The notes under the pieces were generated by a model. It was not told where the DNA came from. It saw only the letters and a list, made by a program, of their open reading frames with translations, and ran no database searches. Made by a program: the position numbers and the translations under genes. From the human T2T-CHM13v2.0 reference genome, Homo sapiens, in the NCBI RefSeq assembly GCF_009914755.1, contig NC_060930.1: a stretch of 64,000 nucleotides of DNA. One strand, 5' to 3'. Positions 1 through 13,358 of the stretch are shown in pieces. Positions within the stretch are counted from its first letter, which is position 1. Each line of letters starts with the position of its first letter.

Positions 1-32
1 GCTCTGTGTATGTAGGCATCTCTGCCACCTAC

Positions 33-174
33 CTTTTCAAACACAGGAAAGTATCTAATTATAGCCTTCTGGGCCATGTTAACCACTTCCTTTTGCTGAT
101 CATCTGGTTTTAAGAAAGGATGCATGATAAGCAGTTCCAGCAGATCCAGTGTCCCCTCCACGTACATGTCAATC
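33..174 (-). CDS. GSTA4: GSTA4 exon 5 (IDMYVEGTLDLLELLIMHPFLKPDDQQKEVVNMAQKAIIRYFPVFEK)
   Basis: 142-nt exon, AG acceptor and GTAGGT donor; alpha-class GST C-terminal domain; phase fits exon 4. Confidence 0.96.
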
Positions 175-1020
175 CTTAAAACAAAAAAGCAGTTGTCTCA
201 GTTTCTCCTCTCTTTGAAGCCATCAGTTTCCACAACTAAGAATTCAGAGTGCTTTTTTTTTTTTTTTTTAAAGATGCTGCAACTTAAGTCCCTAGAAGCA
301 TTTACCTATACCTGTCTCTTAAGAGCAAAGATATAAGGTCAATTCTAGTTGTAACTCAGAAAAATCTGTCACAGATCAGACAGCTTGACAGTCATGAGTG
401 CTCTCTCTCCTGGCATCCTACTCCTCCACTTTTACCCCAGCATCCATGTTTTGGTCTCTTCGTATGGGTCAAACTTCAACTTTATAAAAATAGTGAATAC
501 CACTTATTGAGTGCTTAGAGTGTACCAGGCATGGTGCTAAACACTCTCTATCCATTATCTCATTAAATCACATGACACTATGAGAAATGTACTATTCTTA
601 TACCCACGTTGCCCAGGGTCATACATCTAAGGGGTGCAAGGACCAGGCTTTGATTTCAAATTATAATCTAATGCTCACTCTCCCAGGCCTTGAATGTCAC
701 AGCAGCTCCTCATTCCTAATACTTAACAATAGTGAATGTGCAAGAAAGGGAAAAAGCAGTATCAAAGCATTTAAAAATGTTGAAATCTGAAACAATGACA
801 CCCTAGATATAGTATTCAATATCTGAATCCTATTCTTTTGTTTTACTCAGACTCTCTCTACTGAAGTTCCAACTGGTCTTCGTGACCTTCTTGGGTTTTT
901 GTTCCCTGATCTCACTAACTATGTAACACATAAAGTAAATGTGGTGTGCTACAGAGGTTGCTAATCAGCTAAGGCATCAGTAAGCTGACAAGTGACAACA
1001 CTCGAGAGGGGCCACAGTAC

Positions 1021-1153
1021 AGGGTTCTCTCCTTGAGGTTCTTGCCAAAGAGATTGTGCTTGTCTGCTATGTAGTGGAGAATGCTTCGGGTCTGTACCAA
1101 CTTCATCCCGTCAATTTCAACCATGGGCACTTGTTGGAACAGCAGGTGGTTAC
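1021..1153 (-). CDS. GSTA4: GSTA4 exon 4 ([45 protein letters not shown])
   Basis: 133 nt inside ORF 969..1205; GST G-site QVP and QT motifs; AG/GT ends. Confidence 0.97.
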
Positions 1154-1340
1154 CTGAGAATGGAAGCCCAGAGTTAGAAGTGATCTTTTCTTCTCTGTCC
1201 CCCAACCCCTAAAAAATGCTCTGTGGAATGAAAAGAAACGGTGGAATCATGGCCTTAGGAAATAGTGTAAAGCTTCCAGATGACAGATAACCTTAACTTC
1301 ATTCAGGAGAGCAGATTTAGCCACAAAAGAAGCCTGAAGG

Positions 1341-1956
<616 letters not shown>

Positions 1957-2926
1957 TTTTTAGAGAATCTGATCATGAAACCTAAGTAACTAGCTGAGAC
2001 TCATGTATACTCTTTGGCTCATGTATACTCTATGGCTACTCTGTAGCCACAGAACAGACCGTTTACTACCAAGTTTGCTGTCACTAGTTAAAAAAACAAC
2101 CCATTGTTTTATTTAACAAACCTGAATCCAACACTTTCCACATACCAAACCCTGGGGAGAGATGCCGGTATAGGGTACAGCTTGGCCTTGAGGGTTTGAG
2201 CATTCGGAGCAGGTGAGGGGAGAGGCAAGAGGAGTACTTAGCACATGCCTAGTGGCTTCCAGCCACCGTCACACACAAAAGGTGGCCTTACAGCCCTGGA
2301 GAGCCGGTACCACACAGGGGAGCCTCCAGCTAGGCCTGAGGACCCTGCTGTTGGCTGGGAGGGAGGCTGCTCACAGGGTTGATGGGCGCATTCTTTATGG
2401 GTCTGCTGGTGGCTCCTGCTATAATGGATGGGCAAGGAGGGAGCAGGGCTGACCAGGAATTAAAGGTGAAGGGAGGGGGCAGTTCGTTGATTTCACTTCT
2501 GTGTAGTATTTACTTCAGAAAGTACCCCATGTAAATGGGGATATTTATTTGCATACTTCAAGCAGGCCAGGATGCCTCAGATAGTGTGAAGGAAGTAGGG
2601 AAAGATGAGAAGGAGGGAAGGGGCAAGGGAGAGAAAGAAAGGGGGAGGAAGAGATTGGAGGGGAGAGGGGAGAAGAAAGGGATGGAGAGGAGTTGTTCAC
2701 CGGGATGCGGAAGGAACTGCTCACCCCCTTCGGCCAGCTTTTATGGAACTGTTGAATAAGAAGTGATTTCCTGGCAATTTCAACTATTTATTCCCTCTTG
2801 CTTTTTTTGGTTTTAGGATACTGTTCTGAATGTTCAGTGTCATTGAATACTTTTGCCCTTCCACATAAACAGCAGCTCTTAAAGGAAAATCAGTATTAGA
2901 GGCAGTTGTTTCATTTTCATACTCAC

Positions 2927-2978
2927 CATCCTGCAACTTGTACAACTGTTCTTTTGTTTCCAGAAATTCTTCATCAAA
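2927..2978 (-). CDS. GSTA4: GSTA4 exon 3 (FDEEFLETKEQLYKLQD)
   Basis: 52-nt exon, tttag acceptor, GTGAGT donor; joins exons 2 and 4 in frame. Confidence 0.95.
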
Positions 2979-3000
2979 CTAAATTTTTAAAAAAGAAACG

Positions 3001-3505
3001 TATATATACATAGTGGAATATTATTCAGCCATTAAGAAAACAAAATCCTGTCATTTTCAGCAACACCAACAGAAACAGAGGTCATTACGTTAAGTGAAAT
3101 AAGCCAGGCACAGAAAGACAAAGACTGCATGTTCTGATTCATATGTGGGAGCTAAAAAAGTGGATCTCATGGAAATAGAAAGTTGATTGGTGCTTACTAG
3201 AGGCTGGGAAGTGTAGAGAGGAATGGGATGTGAAAAGAGGTTGGTTAATGGTACATAAATACAGCTAGACAGAAGAAATAAAATCTAGTGTTCGATAGTA
3301 CAGTAGGCTATAGTTAACAATAACGTATTACACAGTTCAAAATGGCTAGAAGAGAATTGGAATGTTCCGCCATAAAGGAAAGATAAATGTTTGAGGTGGG
3401 TGATGGATATCCTAATTACCCTGATTTGATCACTACACATGATACACATGTATCAAAATATCAAATGTATTCCCCAAATATGTACATTATGCATCAATTT
3501 TTTAA
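3001..3505 (+). mobile_element. L1MA-type 3' end fragment
   Basis: L1 ORF2 end/3' UTR sequence (taagtgaaataagccaggcacagaaagacaaa...). Confidence 0.8.
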
Positions 3506-4438
3506 AAAGATATCCTCACCCTCCAAAAGGAGGTAAATATCATACAGGCTCAGGACAAAAAATGCCAAGTTAAACAGTCTTAAGAAGCAGAGAGAAAGAG
3601 CAGACTTAGCATCCACATCTTGGTTTCTAAATATCACTGCCCCCTAAAAGGAACTAGGGGTCCTATAAGAGAAGGTTGATTTTGTTATGCCAGAAAGCAA
3701 GGAAGTGCTCAAATGTGAAAGAGAAAGGCATGGAGGGCCCTGTAAGGGGAATCCCTACCAAATCTGGGAAAATTTAAGCATCAAAAAGAATGATGTCAAT
3801 TATGGATTATAACACCCAACAATAAAATCTCTATGTCCATAAATGATGATGCTAAAAAAAAAAAAGGTAGGAGGAAGGAAAAGCTCTTTTTTACAGAAGA
3901 CTTAATTAAGTTACTTAATTATGATAAAGGGAAAGTGTCGATTTATAATGGAGAGATCGGGAGATCTCTCACCCTCTGTCTAACCAAACAATCAAACTTG
4001 GCTCCCCAGTGGAGAACACTCTGACATCCTGAGGCTTCTGTTGTTAACAAAGTGAGAAGGGCACAGTCACACCTGCTAAAACAACACCAAAAATATTTAC
4101 CCTGAATCTACACACAAGGTGAAAATCAGGTATATTCAGGATGTGGGACCTTACGAACATAATGGCCTGGACTTCTCAAGAGTCGAAGGCATGAAAAAAA
4201 AGTCAGGTCCTGTTGATGAAAATCAACTAGAGACTTAACAACCAAATTGGAAGTAGATTTCAGAGGAGAGGAAACTGTTATAACTGCTAAACAGACGTGT
4301 AACCATTATATAGACATTTGGGGGAAAACGGAAAATTTGAATATGGATTGCATATTAGATGTTGTGAAGGCAGTGTTAATTTTCTTGGTGGTGACAATGG
4401 TATTGTGGTTATTAGGACAATTATTTATTTTGCCTTGG

Positions 4439-4993
4439 TGTCAGAGGCGTGTGAACCAGAGCAACTCCATCTTGAACAGGAGCTGGGTAAAATGAGGCTG
4501 AGACCTACTGGGGGGCTGTATTCCCAGACAGTTAAGGCATTGTAAGCCACTGGATGAGACAGGAGGTCAGCAAAAGATACAGGTCATAAAGACCTTGCTG
4601 ATAAAACAGGTTGCATTAAAGAAGCCAGCTAAATCCCACCAAAACCAAGATGGTGATGAGAGTGACCTCTGGTCGTCCTCATTGCCACACTCCCAAACAG
4701 CACCATGACAGTTTACAAAGGCTATGGCAATGTCAGGAAGTTACCCTATATGATCTAGAAAGGGGAGGCATGAATAATTTACCCCATTGTTTAGCATATT
4801 ATCAAGAAATAACTATAAAAATGGGCAACCAGCAGCCCTTGGGACTGCTCTATAGAGTAGCCATTCTTTTATTCCTTTACTTTCCTAATAAACTTGCTTT
4901 TGCTTTGCACTGCAGACTCGCCTGAAATTCTTTCTTCTGCAAGATCCAAGAACCCTCGGTTGGGGTCTGGATCAGGACCCCTTTCCTGTAACA
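4439..4993 (+). mobile_element. MER41A-like ERV1 solo LTR
   Basis: TGTCAGAGGCG...GTAACA, 555 bp, 4-bp TSD TTGG, TATAAAA 4814, AATAAA 4887. Confidence 0.85.
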
Positions 4994-5421
4994 TTGGGAG
5001 GAAGACACATGCTGATGTCTGCAACTACTTTGAAACAATTCAGAAAAAAAAGGAAGGGAGAAAGCAAATGTAGCAAAATGTTAACAATTGGTGAATTTAG
5101 TTGAAAAACATTCAACTTGGAGGGGTGGGGCAGAATCAGGATCATAGGCTTGGCTTCTGCTACTTGCCAGAGTGGGTGCTCATGGTGTGAGGAAAGGAGC
5201 CTCAATGCTCCCAGAGGATCTCCATCTAATGCTCATGAACAGTATCCTTGGGGCAACAATGCTCGAAGCCTAGATGGTCAGATGTAGTGCAGGCAGTACT
5301 CCTGGATCAATTGACAATTTGTCTCTCAGATAGATTCAGTTGAGGAATTTGTCCCTGGATATTTGTACTACAACATACTAAAATCAAAAGTCAAAACATC
5401 ATATTAGTTAACAGAAAGGGT

Positions 5422-5578
<157 letters not shown>

Positions 5579-7325
5579 CAGAAAGTTTATATGATATATG
5601 CAGGGACAAGGTGCTCAACTGATGCTCCCAGTTAATGGTAGAAATGGTGTAAATCCTCCACGTCTCAAAGGGGATTTGCCTGGGTTTTAAGGGGTCTTCG
5701 GGCAAGTAAAGTTCCAAGCATGGAAGAAACAACCAACATAGAGCAATGTCAATGATGACTCAAATTAAGTGACTGACCAGCATTGAGAACTCCCTGAATT
5801 AGAAAAGGCTGTTTTTCAGTAGGTTTTAGTGACCTAGTTACTCAGATGTGTGTGCTTCAACTTTAGGTTCAACCCAATCGTGGGATATTGAGAATCATGG
5901 ACTTGTCTGGTGGCTGCCAGCTGGTCCCTCCCGACTGTCTCAGATCTATGTGAGCACAAACTTAGCTGGCAAAGAGACGGGGAGGGCCCCTCCCCACCAC
6001 CTTGTAAACCATGTGGTCACCCTGGGAGAGAGACCAATCTAGCTTCATCCAGTCTGGTCTGAGGAGTGGGCTCATTACTCTACCTGATCAGCCTGTTCCT
6101 GTGATTGGACTGGGGTAGGTGGGTCAGATGACTCATGTTCTTTTTTTGTTTAACTTATTTAGGGTTGAGTTTTTATTACTGTAACTAAAAATGTTGACTC
6201 ATAGGTGAGTAGGAGGGGCAGGGTAGAATGAAGAGAGAAGATTTGACAAAGGGTTATATTGCATACATATATAAGACATCCATTCAAAACCTATGAAATA
6301 AATCAAGAATTACAAACTCAGAAGCCTATGGGGGTTAGAAAAATGACAGACACAAGTGAAGTTGAGCAGGTTCAGGGGACCATGAATGTTTTTCACTTTC
6401 CTCTTAACAGTTAGCAAACACACCCTGAAACAAGAGGGCGAGGTGGGGCAGTCCTTATTCAGATCCAACAATTGCTGCCCTGTGAAAATGAGCTCAGGAT
6501 CACCACATCTTCCAATTTCTAAAGACAAGTCAGAAATCAGAATTTGCATATGAAAATGATGTCAACTCATTTAGAAAATTGTAAAACACCATGTGGCAAG
6601 TTGTCATAGGCAAAAAATAAAAACAAAGAACAAACACAAAACGCATAACCCAACAACTCACATTTGCATCTTTGGAGGTTGCTAGGGCAACAACGCATTA
6701 TTGTGAAAATTTATAATCAAGCATTTACCTCGCCTTTCCTATATGAAGCATATTTTAAAGTAATTAAATAGTTAATGAGTGACAAGTACTCTCTTAGAAG
6801 AGAATCACAGTTCATAAACATAGGTGAAATGATGGAAATTGAAAGAATTGCCATTTTGTAATCCCTAACAATGATGATGATCAATAGCTAGTAAAACCAC
6901 AAGTTGAAAAGAATATGGGAGAAACTATAATGTGTGGATTGGGGTTGATATCACAGGAACACACCGATGAAGGTCGGCATCACTGAAAACGAGACAACCC
7001 CTGATGTGATACAATAGAAGTGTGTTCACAGTATCTCTTCTGACATAGTCTGGCAGGGAAAAAAAAAGTTAAAGAGAAAGAAAAAAGGAGCCTGAAGTGA
7101 TCATGCCTCTGGGTCCAGCTAGTAATTTATGGGAAGTACAGAGAATAGAGGAGCATGTTAAAATAAAGGTATCCTCACTTTACCATGTTACCTCAAGGCA
7201 ACACCTGGAGGGTAAGTAAACCAAATCCAGAATAGGGAAAATTCTACAGGGCAGTTTCTTCCAAAAATAAATGGCACTAGAAACAAACGTAGACATCTAG
7301 CACCCAGATCTTGGCTATTAATACC

Positions 7326-7622
7326 TTTTTTTTTTTTTTTTTTTGAGATGGAGTCTCGTTCTGTTGTCCAGGCTGGAATGCAGTGGGGCAATCTCGGCTC
7401 ACTGCAACCCCCGCCTCCCAGTTCAAGCGATTCTCCTGCTTCAGCCTCCTGAGTAGCTGGGACGACAGGCACATGCCACCACACCCAGCTAATTTTTGTA
7501 TTTTTGGGAGAGACGGGGTTTCACCATGTTGGTCAGGCTGGTCTCGAACTCCTGACCTCATGATTTGCCCACCTCGGCCTCCCAAAGTACTGGGATTACA
7601 GGTGTGAGCCACCGTGCCGGCT
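7326..7622 (-). mobile_element. AluS
   Basis: Full dimer, T-run, TSD ttaatacc. Confidence 0.92.
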
Positions 7623-8326
7623 GGTTAATACCATTTTTCTATTGAAGAAATTCCTGATTCTAGGGCTAGGGAAGGGAAAATATTAATACAAGATGAGCAC
7701 AGAGCATTTTATACTGTCAGAAAGTGCTGAGAACAAAAAAGAGGCCAATCTGAAATAAAAAAAGGTAAACCTGAAAGAGCACCAGTGGCTAAAGCTGAAA
7801 CAATTTAGGCAATTTAAGTCATCAGACTATAATCTAAAATATAAAATCAATATACTTAGGTCTATAGTGACACAAAGAATTGAATAACTGAAGAAATGAG
7901 TGGAGATAAATCTTCCTTATATAAAAATTCCAAATGTAGATACTCCCTCACCCAGGAGGTAGAGCTTAATTCTCATCATTTTGAATGTGGGCTGGACTTC
8001 ATGATCTGCTTCAGAAGAATACAAGGAAACATAGTAACTTTAAAATGCAGCAACCTGGCAGAGACTACCTTAACCATGTGATCCAGGTTAATACTGCCAG
8101 TGACAACTCATGTTGATACGTAACCCCTAATATGATGACGTGAACATACTTCACCTCTGTGGCATTCTTTCCCCAAACCCATAACCTCAGTCTAATCATG
8201 AAAAAAACAAGATAAACCCAATTTGTAGAGGATTCTACAAAAATATCTGACCAGTGCTTTTCAAAACCGTCAAGATGGTAAAATGAAGGAAACGACTGGG
8301 AAATTGTCATGGATTGTTGGCAACTA

Positions 8327-8731
<405 letters not shown>

Positions 8732-9725
8732 TTAGTCATGCACCAATGTTAATTTCGTAATATGACATGGTGATGTAAGATGTTATCATTAAGGGAGACT
8801 GAATGAGGGACTGTATTATTTTACAACTTTTCTATAAATCTGAAAATATTCCCAAATATAAATTTGTAAAAAATGAAGAGGAAACTTACAGGTTTTTAAA
8901 ATACCGAAAGAAACATAACCATTTTAAATGTAATGCGTAGACCAATGTCTAGATCCAAACTAAAACAAACTATAAAAACAAACAAACAAACAAAATGCCT
9001 GTTTGAGACAATCTAACTGAAGGTTAGATGACAAAGAATTGCTAATTTTGTTGGATGTGATAATAATATTGTTACATTTTAAAATCCTCATCTGTTAGAG
9101 GAAAATGTTGAGGAACTCCCAGATGAAATGTTATGATGTTTGGATTTTGCTTTAAAATACTCCCACAAAACAAGGGAAGGGAGGTGATAGATGAAACAAG
9201 ATTAGCATAGAGCTGATGATTGCTGAAGTCGGGTGATGAGTACATAGAATTCATGGCAATGTTCTCTCTACATTTATTGGTATTTGAAAATTTCCATACT
9301 AAGAAGCTAAAAGAACAGAACGAAAACAAAAACAGACACACACACATATGTAAGCAAGATACCAAGGCTGCCAGTTTGAAGCCACTGAAGAAAACAAGAA
9401 ATTTACCCTGAGAATGCATAATTAATAAGAGCTCAGAGTAACTGACAATTTTCAGGTAAATTTCCTTTCTTCTTATTAATAAATATTCACTGGTGCTAGA
9501 TCAGAAGCCAATAATTAAGTAAAAGTCAAAAGGAAAATAGAATTCCATCAACTACGTTCTAATTATAAAGAAAAATCCCTTCAGGGATGGTATCTGACTC
9601 AGTGAAGCGTGCCTGTGATTTTGGTGGACGAGAACTAGAACTGAACGGTGCTTCAAAACGTATTTTTCTTTCAAAGGTCTCAAAAGCTGTATGACAAATC
9701 CGTGAAGAAACAGCATATAAGGTAC

Positions 9726-9812
9726 CTCGACTCCGGCGGCAGCTAAAACCCATCTCACGGACTCCATCCGGCCTCTTCCGTTGGGATAGTGGAGCTTGGG
9801 CCTTGCTGCCAT
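9726..9812 (-). CDS. GSTA4: GSTA4 exon 2 coding part ([29 protein letters not shown]); whole exon 9726-9830
   Basis: ATG at 9812; catalytic Tyr9 of alpha-class GST; acceptor AG 9831-9832; donor GTACCT. Confidence 0.97.
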
Positions 9813-10817
9813 GATAGCTTTTCAGGCTTTCTGAAATACAAATGCAGCAGCTCGTCGCAGACCAACAGTCCCAATTTCGCGTCTTCAACCCAGTGCTCAG
9901 GGGCGAAATGAATATTCAGGATTTTGGCACGGGAAACTGTTCTTTATTTTTGTTGCTGCATTTTCCCTCACTCAAGAAAAAAAAACCACCATTTTAAAAC
10001 ATGGAGAAAAAAACCTTGGCTTTTATATGATTTCTATTTATGACTTCTTATCCTGGATCTTGGGAAGCTGGGGCCATTTGTTGTAAAAACATATGTGCTA
10101 GCAGTACGGGATTTCACAAATTCAGAATATTATATATTTTGACCTCGAGAATCTCAGATTTTCCAAATTCAGCTGGGGGATAGGGGGTGGCAGGCGTTGA
10201 AGAGGGTAGCGAAGGAAAATCGCACAGCCACTGGAAGCTCTTCAAGTATTCATGCTTTTACATACATCATCATATTTTATTATCACGGCAACTGGAAGGT
10301 GAACAGGCCGAGTACTACTACTGTCTGCAAAATGTGCGTCCACCGTCACGCATGCGGTGGCTGCGCCCCCCGGGTCCCGCGTGTCCACCACCCCTACAGG
10401 GAGATGAGCCCCCGGCCTTGTAAAACGAGCCGGGGGCCAGGGCTTGGCCATCTGAGATCGCACTCTCCCATGCTCGTCTTCCCCGCTCAGCCCATGCAGG
10501 GGCGTAGCGGCAGCCCAGCCAGGCCCGGGGACGATCCGAGCCCACCTTCCACCAATGCATTCAGACTCCGCAGAAGGGGTTTAAAAAAAAATACGCACAC
10601 TGAGCCAAGAAGGACCCCAGCTCCAGCCAAGGGGCCCACCTCTGCCCAGACTGGATGGAGCAGGAGGACAAAGGACAAGAGGAAGAAAAGACAAGAGAAG
10701 GACTGAACTGGGGGAGTGAGGGAAGAATGCGAGAGTGAGACTCAGAGAGTAAAGGGGAGGGAAAAAAAAGAAGAGAGAAAGGGCGAGGAAGGGGGCGACC
10801 GCAGGAGGGAGACAGAC

Positions 10818-10900
10818 CTGGAGTCCACTCGGAGGCCTGGAGCCGCACAAAGCGCCAGGTCAGCGGTCCCGGCTGGGTGAGACCAGCAGGCGGCTCTAGC
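10818..10900 (-). other. GSTA4: GSTA4 non-coding exon 1 (5' end approximate)
   Basis: Donor CAG|GTCTGT at 10818/10817; splicing to 9830 gives the recalled leader gagtggactccag-aaagcctgaaaagctatcATG; the TSS cannot be fixed from sequence. Confidence 0.75.
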
Positions 10901-10952
10901 GCGCGGGAGCTGGGCGAGGCTCCGGGACGACCTCACCAATGGAGACTGCAGT

Positions 10953-10991
10953 ATTTAGCATGCCCCACCCATCTGCAAGGCATTCTGGATA
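10953..10991 (+). promoter_or_regulatory. 7SK distal sequence element: octamer-like ATTTAGCAT, CACCC box, SPH/ZNF143 site
   Basis: ATTTAGCAT 10953-10961; CACCC 10966-10970; reverse strand of 10974-10991 reads TATCCAGAATGCCTTGCA; about -235 to -200 from 7SK +1. Confidence 0.85.
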
Positions 10992-11122
10992 GTGTCAAAA
11001 CAGCCGGAAATCAAGTCCGTTTATCTCAAACTTTAGCATTTTGGGAATAAATGATATTTGCTATGCTGGTTAAATTAGATTTTAGTTAAATTTCCTGCTG
11101 AAGCTCTAGTACGATAAGCAAC

Positions 11123-11140
11123 TTGACCTAAGTGTAAAGT
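11123..11140 (+). promoter_or_regulatory. 7SK proximal sequence element (SNAPc site)
   Basis: TTGACCTAAGTGTAAAGT at -66 to -49. Confidence 0.9.
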
Positions 11141-11156
11141 TGAGACTTCCTTCAGG

Positions 11157-11164
11157 TTTATATA
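11157..11164 (+). promoter_or_regulatory. 7SK TATA box
   Basis: TTTATATA at -32 to -25. Confidence 0.92.
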
Positions 11165-11188
11165 GCTTGTGCGCCGCTTGGGTACCTC

Positions 11189-11520
11189 GGATGTGAGGGC
11201 GATCTGGCTGCGACATCTGTCACCCCATTGATCGCCAGGGTTGATTCGGCTGATCTGGCTGGCTAGGCGGGTGTCCCCTTCCTCCCTCACCGCTCCATGT
11301 GCGTCCCTCCCGAAGCTGCGCGCTCGGTCGAAGAGGACGACCATCCCCGATAGAGGAGGACCGGTCTTCGGTCAAGGGTATACGAGTAGCTGCGCTCCCC
11401 TGCTAGAACCTCCAAACAAGCTCTCAAGGTCCATTTGTAGGAGAACGTAGGGTAGTCAAGCTTCCAAGACTCCAGACACATCCAAATGAGGCGCTGCATG
11501 TGGCAGTCTGCCTTTCTTTT
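11189..11520 (+). ncRNA. RN7SK: 7SK snRNA (P-TEFb/HEXIM/LARP7/MePCE scaffold), functional gene
   Basis: Full length GGATGTGAGGGCGATCTGG...GGCAGTCTGCCTTTCTTTT (~331 nt); intact external promoter and no poly(A)/TSD, so not a retrocopy. Confidence 0.99.
11513..11520 (+). terminator. Pol III terminator of RN7SK
   Basis: TTTCTTTT at the 3' end. Confidence 0.85.
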
Positions 11521-11538
11521 GACCCATTACCCATCTAA

Positions 11539-11880
<342 letters not shown>

Positions 11881-12688
11881 TGACAGGAATGTCAAGTCCG
11901 TCAGGAAATCCACATAAGGGTGTTAAGCAGGCAAAGTACCACATACAGATTAAAATCAAAAGCACTGTCAACGCTTATTTAATTTATACAGTAGACCCTA
12001 ACTTTTCTAATTTTGTGTATACATATATATACATGTATACATGTATACAAACATACATATTTTCTTCTTTCTTTCTTCATCTCAGTGGGACATCTTGAGA
12101 TTTCTCTTCATTTTGTACATTTTAGAGACAAGTGCTCTATAGTCACGGTCTCAAGTCAGCACCTGTTTGGAAGGGGGTCTTTGGAGTTGGGGGTGGTGCT
12201 AAAAGAATAATTTGGCTGGCAAGTTAGTTAAAACATTAAAAATATATTAAAACTATCAGGGCTATATTATGGAACAATTGCAAAATTCACATGGATTTCA
12301 AAGTTTGAAATATATGCCTTCGAAAATAAATTTTGTTTTTAGAGGCAGCTTCTGCTATTTCTCAGGCTATAGATGTTGTTATTTTCTTCACCCACGGGGG
12401 CGCTCGAGAGTACCTTGCTTGACAAGCCTGGGTGCTGAACAATTGCAGCCGCTAACATGATCAGATTTTATTTTCAATAGGTTTCTCTGGCCAAAGTGAG
12501 GCGAATGAATTGGGGTAGTAGGGGTAGAGAAAGAAACCTCTTGTGTCTGTGTAAATTAAAGTAGCACCATGAGTTTGAAGAATATGAGTAAGAAAAGGTG
12601 AAATACTAAGGAGGTAGGTGGTAAAGCAATTGCTAATCAGATCAAAGGGAAGGGAGGAGGAAGAAAAGTCTAGAATGATGCCCTGTCC

Positions 12689-12689
<1 letters not shown>

Positions 12690-12749
<60 letters not shown>
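12690..12749. repeat. (AC)30 microsatellite
   Basis: Uninterrupted dinucleotide run. Confidence 0.97.
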
Positions 12750-12751
<2 letters not shown>

Positions 12752-13067
12752 CTTGTCTTTTTTTTAATAACATGTATTGTCATCTAACAGGACTTTTTTA
12801 TTTATTTGTCTGTAGATTCCTAGAATGTAAATTCCACGAGATCGAGGATTTTTGCGCTTTTGGTTTTCCTTTTGTACATCCTGGTTAGTATAGAGTAGGT
12901 ATTCAGAGAACACTTGTTGAATGAATGAATGAGCAATGCTTTGGTTTCTAGTTCCATAAAGAGCGGAGAAGGAAGACAAAGTTTGGGGAAAATGGGTTGA
13001 CTTGTCTTTTGTTGCTATGAACCATCCAGCTGGAAATACCCACTAGACAGTTGAAAAAGCCATTGAG

Positions 13068-13358
13068 GGCTGGGCGCAGTGGCTCACGCCTGTAATCCCA
13101 GCACTTTGAGAGGCTGAGGCGGGCGGATCACCTGAGGTCAGGAGTTCAAGACCAGCGTGGCCAACATGGTGAAACCCTGTTTCCACTAAAAATACAAAAT
13201 TAGTCGGGCGTGGTGGCCTGTTCCTGTAGTCCCAGCTATTCAGGAGGCTGAGGCGGGAGAATCGCTTGAACCTGGAAGGCGGAGGTTGCAGTGAGCCGTG
13301 ATCACGCCCCTGCAGTACAAGCTGGGCGAGAAAGTAAGACTCCCTATAAAAAAAAAAC
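13068..13358 (+). mobile_element. AluSx-like
   Basis: Full dimer. Confidence 0.92.

Larger units (their letters stand above)
10190..11400. promoter_or_regulatory. CpG island covering GSTA4 exon 1/intron 1 and RN7SK
   Basis: Visibly high GC and CpG density against CpG-poor flanks; limits approximate. Confidence 0.75.

Noticed and set aside
2000-2049. 18-bp tandem duplication followed by a 7-bp hairpin
   Set aside because: Ordinary slippage-scale event with no spacers or further units
10197-10706. 169-aa plus-strand ORF and overlapping ORFs in the CpG island
   Set aside because: Stop-poor GC/purine-rich sequence, non-ATG start, no recognisable domain
11075-11499. ORFs overlapping 7SK
   Set aside because: Incidental frames across a Pol III ncRNA
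11189-11520. Possibility that this 7SK is one of the many pseudogenes
   Set aside because: Full length with DSE, PSE and TATA at canonical spacing; no A-tail or TSD
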